Assembly (NCBI GenBank): GCA_964247055.1
Contig: OZ176052.1
Span: 1,240,001 to 1,304,000, forward strand
Direction: 5' to 3'
From: Paragordius varius
Taxonomy: Eukaryota > Animalia > Nematomorpha
Length of the DNA stretch: 64,000 bases
Part shown: piece by piece, positions 52,201-64,000 of the stretch
Layout: the number at the start of each line of letters is the position of its first letter
Position numbering within the stretch: position 1 is the stretch's first letter
Program-made: the position numbers and the translations under genes
The notes under the pieces: model-generated
What the model was told of the DNA's origin: nothing
Database searches by the model: none
Seen by the model: only the letters and a program-made list of their open reading frames with translations

Positions 52201-55200
52201 TAAAATATTAACTTACTTGTCCAAGAATCTAAAAATTACATTATAAAAATACTTTTAATTAGGAATATCGAACATTTATCCAATCACCCACCAAACACCT
52301 AAAATATTAACTTACTTGTCCAAGAATCTAAAAATTAGATTATAAAATACTTTTAATTAGGAATATCGAACATTTATCCAATCACCCACCAAACACCTAA
52401 AATATTAACTTACTAGTCCAAGAATCTAAAAAATTACATTATTAAATACTTTTAATTAGGAATATCAAACATTAATCCAATCACCCACCAAACACCTAAA
52501 ATATTAACTTACTTGTCCAAGAATCTAAAAATTACATTATAAAAATACTTTTAATTAGGAATATCGAACATTTATCCAATCACCCAATAAACACCTAAAA
52601 TATTAACTTACTTGTCAAAGAATCTAAAAATTACATTATAAAAATACTTTTAATTAGGAATATCGAACATTAATATATCACCCACAACACATCTATATTA
52701 ACTTACCTGTCCAAGAATCTAATTACATTATTAAAATACTTTTAATTAGGAATATCGAACATTAATCCAATCACCCAATAAACACCTAAAATATTAACTT
52801 ACTTGTCCAAGAATCTAAAAATTATATTATAAAAATAGTTTTAATTAGGAATATCGAACATTAATCCAATCACCCAATAAACACCTAAAATATTAACTTA
52901 CTTGTCCAAGAATCTAAAAATTACATTATAAAAATACTTTTAATAAGGAATATCATACACTAATCCAATCATCCACCGTTTAACATCTAAAATATTAACT
53001 TACCTGACCGAGAATCTATTAATTATATTATAAAATACTTTTAATTAGGAATATCGAACATTAATCCAATCACCCACAACGCACCTAAAATATTAACTTA
53101 CTTGTCCAAGAATCTAAAAATTACATTATAAAAATACTTTTAATTAGGAATATCGAACATTAATCCAATCACCCACCAAACACCTAAAATATTAATTTAC
53201 TTGTCCAAGAATCTAAATATTCCATTATAAAAATACTTTTAATTAGGAATATCGAACATTAATCCAATCACCCACCAAACACCTAAAATATTAACTTACT
53301 TGTCCAAGAATCTAAAAATTACATGATAAAAATACTTTTAATTAGGAATATCGAACATTAATCCAATCACCCACCAAACAGCTAAATATTAACTTACTTG
53401 TCCAAAAATCTAAAAATTACATTATAAAAATACTTTTATTTAGGAATATCGAACATTAATATATCACCCACAACACATCTAAAATATTAACTTACCTGTC
53501 CAAGAATCTAAAAATTATATTATAAAAATACTTTTAATAAGGAATATCGAACACTAATCCAATCATCCACCATTTAACATCTAAAATATTAACTTACCTG
53601 ACCGAGAATCTATTAATTATATTATAAAATACTTTTAATTAGGAATATCGAACATTAATCCAATCACCCACAACGCACCTAAAAAATTAACTTACTTGTC
53701 CAAATCTAAAAATTACATTATAAAAATACTTTTAATTAGGAATATCGAACATTAATCCAATCACCCGCCAAACACCTAAAATATTAGCTTACTTGTCCAA
53801 GAATCTAAAAATTACATTATAAAAATACTTTTAATTAGGAATATCGAACATTAATCCAATCACCCACCAAACACCTAAAATATTAATTTACTTGTCCAAG
53901 AATCTAAATATTCCATTATAAAAATACTTTTAATTAGGAATATCGAACATTAATCCAATCACCCACCAAACACCTAAATTATTAACTTACTTGTCCAAGA
54001 ATCTAAAAATTACATGATAAAAATACTTTTAATTAGGAATATCGAACAGTAATCCAATCACCTACCAAACACCTTAAATATTAACTTACTTGTCCAAGAA
54101 TCTAAAAATTATATTATAAAAATACTTTTAATTAGAATATCGAACACTAATCCAATCATCCACCTTTTAACATCTAAAATATTAACTTACCTGACCGAGA
54201 ATCTATTAATTATATTATAAAATACTTTTAATTAGGAATATCGAACATTAATCCAATCACCCACAACGCACCTAAAATATTAACTTACTTGTCCAAGAAT
54301 CTAAAAATTACATTATAAAAATACTCTTAATTAGGAATATCGAACATTAATCCAATCACCCACCAAACAGCTAAATATTAACTTACTTGTCCAAAAATCT
54401 AAAAATTACATTATAAAAATACTTTTATTTAGGAATATCGAACATTAATATATCACCCACAAGACATCTAAAATATTAACTTACCTGTCCAAGAATCTAA
54501 AAATTATATTATAAAAATACTTTTAATAAGGAATATCGAATACTAATCCAATCATCCACCATTTAACATCTAAAATATTAACTTACCTGACCGAGAATCT
54601 ATTAATTATATTATAAAATACTTTTAATTAGGAATATCGAACATTAATCCAATCACCCACAACGCACCTAAAAAATTAACTTACTTGTCCAAATCTAAAA
54701 ATTACATTATAAAAATACTTTTAATTAGGAATATCGAACATTAATCCAATCACCCGCCAAACACCTAAAATATTAGCTTACTTGTCCAAGAATCTAAAAA
54801 TTATAAAAATACTTTTAATTAGGAATATCGAACATTTATCCAATCACCCAACAAACACCTAAAATATTAACTTACTTGTCCAAGAATCTAAAAATTACAT
54901 GATAAAAATACTTTTAATTAGGAATATCGAACATTAATCCAATCACCCACCAAACACCTAAAATATTAACTTACTTGTCCAAGAATCTAAAAATTACATT
55001 ATAAAAATACTTTTAATTAGGAATATCGAACATTAATATATCACCCACAACACATCTAAAATATTAACTTACTTGTCCAAGAATCTAAAAATTACATGAT
55101 AAAAATACTTTTAATTAGGAATATCGAACAGTAATCCAATCACCTACCAAACACCTTAAATATCAACTTACTTGTCCAAGAATCTAAAAATTATATTATA

Positions 55201-58200
55201 AATACTTTTAATTAGAATATCGAACACTAATCCAATCATCCACCTTTTAACATCTAAAATATTAACTTACCTGACCGAGAATCTATTAATTATATTATAA
55301 AATACTATTAATTAGGAATATCGAACATTAATCCAATCACCCAATAAACACCAAAAATATTAACTTACTTGTCCAAGAATCTAAAAATTACATTATAAAA
55401 ATACTTTTAATTAGGAATATCGAACATTAATATATCACCCACAACACATCTAAAATATTAACTTACCTGTCCAAGAATCTAAAAATTACATTATTAAAAT
55501 ACTTTTAATTAGGAATATCGAACATTAATCCAATCTAAACACCTAAAATATTAACTTACTTGTCCAAGAATCTAAAAATTATATTATAAAAATACTTTTA
55601 ATTAGGAATATCGAACATTAATCCAATCACCCAATAAACACCTAAAATATTAACTTACTTCTCCAAGAATCTAAAAATTACATTATAAAAATACTTTTAA
55701 TAAAGAATATCGAACACTAATCCAATCATCCACCATTTAACATCTAAAATATTAACTTACCTGACCGAGAATCTATTAATTATATTATAAAATACTTTTA
55801 ATTAGGAATATCGAACATTAATCCAATCAACCACAACGCACCTAAAATATTAACTTACTTGTCCAAGAATCTAAAAATTACATTATAAAAATACTCTTAA
55901 TTAGGAATATCGAACATTAATCCAATCACCCACCAAACAGCTAAATATTAACTTACTTGTCCAAAAATCTAAAAATTACATTATAAAAATACTTTTATTT
56001 AGGAATATCGAACATTAATATATCACCCACAACACATCTAAAATATTAACTTACCTGTCCAAGAATCTAAAAATTATATTATAAAAATACTTTTAATAAG
56101 GAATATCGAACACTAATCCAATCATCCACCATTTAACATCTAAAATATTAACTTACCTGACCGAGAATCTATTAATTATATTATAAAATACTTTTAATTA
56201 GGAATATCGAACATTAATCCAATCACCCACAACGCACCTAAAAAATTAACTTACTTGTCCAAATCTAAAAATTACATTATAAAAATACTTTTAATTAGGA
56301 ATATCGAACATTAATCCAATCACCCGCCAAACACCTAAAATATTAGCTTACTTGTCCAAGAATCTAAAAATTACATTATAAAAATACTTTTAATTAGGAA
56401 TATCGAACATTTATCCAATCACCCAACAAACACCTAAAATATTACGTTACTTGTCCAAGAATCTATAAATTATTATAAAATACTATTAATTAGGAATATC
56501 GAACATTAATCCAATCACCCAATAAACACCAAAAATATTAACTTACTTGTCCAAGAATCTAAAAATTACATTATAAAAATACTTTTAATTAGGAATATCG
56601 AACATTAATATATCACCCACAACACATCTAAAATATTAACTTACCTGTCCAAGAATCTAAAAATTACATTATTAAAATACTTTTAATTAGGAATATCGAA
56701 CATTAATCCAATCTAAACACCTAAAATATTAACTTACTTGTCCAAGAATCTAAAAATTATATTATAAAAATACTTTTAATTAGGAATATCGAACATTAAT
56801 CCAATCACCCAATAAACACCTAAAATATTAACTTACTTCTCCAAGAATCTAAAAATTACATTATAAAAATACTTTTAATAAAGAATATCGAACACTAATC
56901 CAATCATCCACCATTTAACATCTAAAATATTAACTTACCTGACCGAGAATCTATTAATTATATTATAAAATACTTTTAATTAGGAATATCGAACATTAAT
57001 CCAATCACCCACCAAACACCTAAAATATTAACTTACTTGTCCAAGAATCTAAAAATTAGATTATAAAATACTTTTAATTAGGAATATCGAACATTAATCC
57101 AATCAACCACCAAACACCTAAAATATTAACTTACTTGTCCAAGAATCTAAAAATCACATTATAAAATACTTTTAATTAGGAATATCGAACATTTATCCAA
57201 TCACCCACACAACACCTAAAATATTAACTTACTTGTCCAAGAATCTAAAAATTACATTATAAAAATACTTTTAATTAGGAATATCGAACATTAATCCAAT
57301 CACCCACCAAACACCTAAAATATTAACTAACTTGTCCAAGAATCTAAAAATTACATGATAAAAATACTTTTAATTAGGAATATCGAACATTAATCCAATC
57401 ACCCACTAAACACCTAAAATATTAACTTACTTGTCCAAGAATCTAAAAATTACATTATAAAAATACTTTTAATTAGGAATATCGAACATTAATCCAATCA
57501 CCCACCAAACACCTAAAATATTAACTAACTTGTCCAAGAATCTAAAAATTACATGATAAAAATACTTTTAATTAGGAATATCGAACATTAATCCAATCAA
57601 CCACCAAACACCTAAAATATTAACTTACCTGACCGAGAATCTATTAATTATATTATAAAATACTTTTAATTAGGAATATCGAACATTAATATATCACCCA
57701 CAACACATCTAAAATATTAACTTACCTGTCCAAGAATCTAAAAATTATATTATAAAAATACTTTTAATAAGGAATATCGAACACTAATCCAATCATCCAC
57801 CATTTAACATCTAAAATATTAACTTACCTGACCGAGAATCTATTAATTATATTATAAAATACTTTTAATTAGGAATATCGAACATTAATCCAATCACCCA
57901 CAACGCACCTAAAAAATTAACTTACTTGTCCAAATCTAAAAATTACATTATAAAAATACTTTTAATTAGGAATATCGAACATTAATCCAATCACCCGCCA
58001 AACACCTAAAATATTAGCTTACTTGTCCAAGAATCTAAAAATTACATTATAAAAATACTTTTAATTAGGAATATCGAACATTAATCCAATCACCCACCAA
58101 ACACCTAAAATATTAACTAACTTGTCCAAGAATCTAAAAATTACATGATAAAAATACTTTTAATTAGGAATATCGAACATTAATCCAATCACCCACTAAA

Positions 58201-61200
58201 CACCTAAAATATTAACTTACTTGTCCAAGAATCTAAAAATTACATTATAAAAATACTTTTAATTAGGAATATCGAACATTAATCCAATCACCCACCAAAC
58301 ACCTAAAATATTAACTTACTTGTCCAAGAATCAAAAATTACATTATAAAAATACTCTTAATTAGGAATATCGAACATTAATCCAATCAACCACCAAACAC
58401 CTAAAATATTAACTTACCTGACCGAGAATCTATTAATTATATTATAAAATACTTTTAATTAGGAATATCGAACATTAATATATCACCCACAACACATCTA
58501 AAATATTAACTTACCTGTCCAAGAATCTAAAAATTATATTATAAAAATACTTTTAATAAGGAATATCGAACACTAATCCAATCATCCACCATTTAACATC
58601 TAAAATATTAACTTACCTGACCGAGAATCTATTAATTATATTATAAAATACTTTTAATTAGGAATATCGAACATTAATCCAATCACCCACAACGCACCTA
58701 AAAAATTAACTTACTTGTCCAAATCTAAAAATTACATTATAAAAATACTTTTAATTAGGAATATCGAACATTAATCCAATCACCCGCCAAACACCTAAAA
58801 TATTAGCTTACTTGTCCAAGAATCTAAAAATTACATTATAAAAATACTTTTATTTAGGAATATCGAACATTAATATATCACCCACAACACATCTAAAATA
58901 TTAACTTACCTGTCCAAGAATCTAAAAATTATATTATAAAAATACTTTTAATAAGGAATATCGAACACTAATCCAATCATCCACCATTTAACATCTAAAA
59001 TATTAACTTACCTGACCGAGAATCTATTAATTATATTATAAAATACTTTTAATTAGGAATATCGAACATTAATCCAATCACCCACCAAACACCTAAAATA
59101 TTAACTTACTTGTCCAAGAATCTAAAAATTAGATTATAAAATACTTTTAATTAGGAATATCGAACATTAATCCAATCACCCACAACGCACCTAAAAAATT
59201 AACTTACTTGTCCAAATCTAAAAATTACATTATAAAAATACTTTTAATTAGGAATATCGAACATTAATCCAATCACCCGCCAAACACCTAAAATATTAGC
59301 TTACTTGTCCAAGAATCTAAAAATTACATTATAAAAATACTTTTAATTAGGAATATCGAACATTTATCCAATCACCCAACAAACACCTAAAATATTAAGT
59401 TACTTGTCCAAGAATCTATAAATTATTATAAAATACTATTAATTAGGAATATCGAACATTAATCCAATCACCCAATAAACACCAAAAATATTAACTTACT
59501 TGTCCAAGAATCTAAAAATTACATTATAAAAATACTTTTAATTAGGAATATCGAACATTAATATATCACCCACAACACATCTAAAATATTAACTTACCTG
59601 TCCAAGAATCTAAAAATTACATTATTAAAATACTTTTAATTAGGAATTTCGAACATTAATCCAATCTAAACACCTAAAATATTAACTTACTTGTCCAAGA
59701 ATCTAAAAATTATATTATAAAAATACTTTTAATTAGGAATATCGAACATTAATCCAATCACCCAATAAACACCTAAAATATTAACTTACTTCTCCAAGAA
59801 TCTAAAAATTACATTATAAAAATACTTTTAATAAGGAATATCGAACATTAATATATCACCCACAACACATCTAAAATATTAACTTACCTGTCCAAGAATC
59901 TAAAAATTACATTATTAAAATACTTTTAATTAGGAATATCGAACATTAATCCAATCTAAACACCTAAAATATTAACTTACTTGTCCAAGAATCTAAAAAT
60001 TATATTATAAAAATACTTTTAATTAGGAATATCGAACATTAATCCAATCACCCAATAAACACCTAAAATATTAACTTACTTCTCCAAGAATCTAAAAATT
60101 ACATTATAAAAATACTTTTAATAAAGAATATCGAACACTAATCCAATCATCCACCATTTAACATCTAAAATATTAACTTACCTGACCGAGAATCTATTAA
60201 TTATATTATAAAATACTTTTAATTAGGAATATCGAACATTAATCCAATCACCCACCAAACACCTAAAATATTAACTTACTTGTCCAAGAATCTAAAAATT
60301 AGATTATAAAATACTTTTAATTAGGAATATCGAACATTAATCCAATCAACCACCAAACACCTAAAATATTAACTTACTTGTCCAAGAATCTAAAAATAAC
60401 ATTATAAAATACTTTTAATTAGGAATATCGAACATTTATCCAATCACCCACACAACACCTAAAATATTAACTTACTAGTCCAAGAATCTAAAAATAAATT
60501 ATAAAAATACTTTTAATTAGGAATATCGAACATTACTCCAATCACCAACCAAACACCTAAAATATTAACTTACTTGTCCAAGAATCTAAAAATTACATTA
60601 TAAAAATACTTTTAATTAGGAATATCGAACATTAGTCCAATCACCTACCAAACACCTTAAATATTAACTTACTTGTCCAAGAATCTAAATATTCCATTAT
60701 AAAAATACTTTTAATTAGGAATATCGAACATTAATCCAATCACCCACTAAACACCTAAAATATTAACTTACTTGTCCAAGAATCTAAAAATTACATTATA
60801 AAAATACTTTTAATTAGGAATATCGAACATTAATCCAATCACCCGCCAAACACCTAAAATATTAGCTTACTTGTCCAAGAATCTAAAAATTACATTATAA
60901 AAATACTTTTATTTAGGAATATCGAACATTAATATATCACCCACAACACATCTAAAATATTAACTTACCTGTCCAAGAATCTAAAAATTATATTATAAAA
61001 ATACTTTTAATAAGGAATATCGAACACTAATCCAATCATCCACCATTTAACATCTAAAATATTAACTTACCTGACCGAGAATCTATTAATTATATTATAA
61101 AATACTTTTAATTAGGAATATCGAACATTAATCCAATCACCCACCAAACACCTAAAATATTAACTTACTTGTCCAAGAATCTAAAAATTAGATTATAAAA

Positions 61201-64000
61201 TACTTTTAATTAGGAATATCGAACATTAATCCAATCACCCACAACGCACCTAAAAAATTAACTTACTTGTCCAAATCTAAAAATTACATTATAAAAATAC
61301 TTTTAATTAGGAATATCGAACATTAATCCAATCACCCGCCAAACACCTAAAATATTAGCTTACTTGTCCAAGAATCTAAAAATTACATTATAAAAATACT
61401 TTTAATTAGGAATATCGAACATTTATCCAATCACCCAACAAACACCTAAAATATTAAGTTACTTGTCCAAGAATCTATAAATTATTATAAAATACTATTA
61501 ATTAGGAATATCGAACATTAATCCAATCACCCAATAAACACCAAAAATATTAACTTACTTGTCCAAGAATCTAAAAATTACATTATAAAAATACTTTTAA
61601 TTAGGAATATCGAACATTAATATATCACCCACAACACATCTAAAATATTAACTTACCTGTCCAAGAATCTAAAAATTACATTATTAAAATACTTTTAATT
61701 AGGAATTTCGAACATTAATCCAATCTAAACACCTAAAATATTAACTTACTTGTCCAAGAATCTAAAAATTATATTATAAAAATACTTTTAATTAGGAATA
61801 TCGAACATTAATCCAATCACCCAATAAACACCTAAAATATTAACTTACTTCTCCAAGAATCTAAAAATTACATTATAAAAATACTTTTAATAAGGAATAT
61901 CGAACATTAATATATCACCCACAACACATCTAAAATATTAACTTACCTGTCCAAGAATCTAAAAATTACATTATTAAAATACTTTTAATTAGGAATATCG
62001 AACATTAATCCAATCTAAACACCTAAAATATTAACTTACTTGTCCAAGAATCTAAAAATTATATTATAAAAATACTTTTAATTAGGAATATCGAACATTA
62101 ATCCAATCACCCAATAAACACCTAAAATATTAACTTACTTCTCCAAGAATCTAAAAATTACATTATAAAAATACTTTTAATAAAGAATATCGAACACTAA
62201 TCCAATCATCCACCATTTAACATCTAAAATATTAACTTACCTGACCGAGAATCTATTAATTATATTATAAAATACTTTTAATTAGGAATATCGAACATTA
62301 ATCCAATCACCCACCAAACACCTAAAATATTAACTTACTTGTCCAAGAATCTAAAAATTAGATTATAAAATACTTTTAATTAGGAATATCGAACATTAAT
62401 CCAATCAACCACCAAACACCTAAAATATTAACTTACTTGTCCAAGAATCTAAAAATAACATTATAAAATACTTTTAATTAGGAATATCGAACATTTATCC
62501 AATCACCCACACAACACCTAAAATATTAACTTACTAGTCCAAGAATCTAAAAATAAATTATAAAAATACTTTTAATTAGGAATATCGAACATTACTCCAA
62601 TCACCAACCAAACACCTAAAATATTAACTTACTTGTCCAAGAATCTAAAAATTACATTATAAAAATACTTTTAATTAGGAATATCGAACATTAGTCCAAT
62701 CACCTACCAAACACCTTAAATATTAACTTACTTGTCCAAGAATCTAAATATTCCATTATAAAAATACTTTTAATTAGGAATATCGAACATTAATCCAATC
62801 ACCCACTAAACACCTAAAATATTAACTTACTTGTCCAAGAATCTAAAAATTACATTATAAAAATACTTTTAATTAGGAATATCGAACATTAATCCAATCA
62901 CCCACCAAACACCTAAAATATTAACTAACTTGTCCAAGAATCTAAAAATTACATGATAAAAATACTTTTAATTAGGAATATCGAACATTAATCCAATCAC
63001 CCACCAAACACCTAAAATATTAACTTACTTGTCCAAGAATCAAAAATTACATTATAAAAATACTCTTAATTAGGAATATCGAACATTAATCCAATCAACC
63101 ACCAAACACCTAAAATATTAACTTACCTGACCGAGAATCTATTAATTATATTATAAAATACTTTTAATTAGGAATATCGAACATTAATATATCACCCACA
63201 ACACATCTAAAATATTAACTTACCTGTCCAAGAATCTAAAAATTATATTATAAAAATACTTTTAATAAGGAATATCGAACATTAATCCAATCACCCACCA
63301 AACACCTAAAATATTAATTTACTTGTCCAAGAATCTAAATATTCCATTATAAAAATACTTTTAATTAGGAATATCGAACATTAATCCAATCACCCACCAA
63401 ACACCTAAAATATTAACTTACCTGTCCAAGAATCTAAAAATTACATGATAAAAATACTTTTAATTAGGAATATCGAACATTAATCCAATCACCCACCAAA
63501 CACCTAAAATATTAACTTACTTGTCCAAGAATCTAAAAATTACATTATAAAAATACTTTTAATTAGGAATATCGAACATTAATCCAATCACCCACCAAAC
63601 ACCTAAAATATTAACTAACTTGTCCAAGAATCTAAAAATTACATGATAAAAATACTTTTAATTAGGAATATCGAACATTAATCCAATCACCCACCAAACA
63701 CCTAAAATATTAACTTACTTGTCCAAGAATCAAAAATTACATTATAAAAATACTCTTAATTAGGAATATCGAACATTAATCCAATCAACCACCAAACACC
63801 TAAAATATTAACTTACCTGACCGAGAATCTATTAATTATATTATAAAATACTTTTAATTAGGAATATCGAACATTAATATATCACCCACAACACATCTAA
63901 AATATTAACTTACCTGTCCAAGAATCTAAAAATTATATTATAAAAATACTTTTAATAAGGAATATCGAACACTAATCCAATCATCCACCATTTAACATCT
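49288..64000 (+). repeat. 99-bp tandem satellite with higher-order repeats (right block, runs off the window)
   Basis: Same monomer and variant set as the left block. It resumes in register after the RTE TSD (compare the uninterrupted copy at 41511-41640). About 149 monomers. Confidence 0.98.

Noticed and set aside
31859-64000. CRISPR-like array (constant blocks alternating with variable blocks)
   Set aside because: The variable parts are a small recurring set of point variants, not unique spacers. The context is spliceosomal-intron eukaryotic DNA with no cas genes.
31859-64000. Telomeric array (TTAGG occurs in the monomer)
   Set aside because: Only one isolated TTAGG per strand per 99 bp; no tandem telomeric repeats.
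1-64000. Assigning a species from AT content and tiny introns
   Set aside because: Several reduced or parasitic lineages fit; it needs a phylogenetic search with the SKA1, survivin and EML peptides.

Overview
Very AT-rich, intron-rich eukaryotic DNA. The gene content looks animal-like, but I cannot name the species. The ORF track only shows exon fragments, so I rebuilt the gene models by hand from GT-AG junctions and reading-frame phase. Bases 1-31.6 kb are genic: the 3' part of a divergent EML (echinoderm microtubule-associated protein-like, WD40) gene with a large Gly/Phe/Cys-rich insert, a complete ~2,000-aa tandem EML paralogue (25 exons), a survivin/BIRC5-like gene (-), an orphan gene head-to-head with it, and SKA1. 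These are interspersed with several non-autonomous DNA elements (TTAA-flanked piggyBac-like, Buster/hAT-like, a 1.2-kb foldback, a TIR element with 21-bp subrepeats) and a decayed hAT transposase. From 31,859 to the window end lies a 99-bp satellite with nested higher-order repeats (891, 987, 2,059 bp and larger). The satellite begins inside a copy of the piggyBac-like element and is interrupted once by a young, apparently full-length RTE-clade LINE (45,913-49,287, minus strand, 16-bp TSD) whose ORF is broken only by one extra A in a homopolymer. Most notable: the Gly-rich EML insert built partly from frame-preserving mini-exons, three 26-30 nt introns, the transposon-anchored satellite, and the RTE insertion. 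No rRNA, tRNA or CRISPR was recognised.
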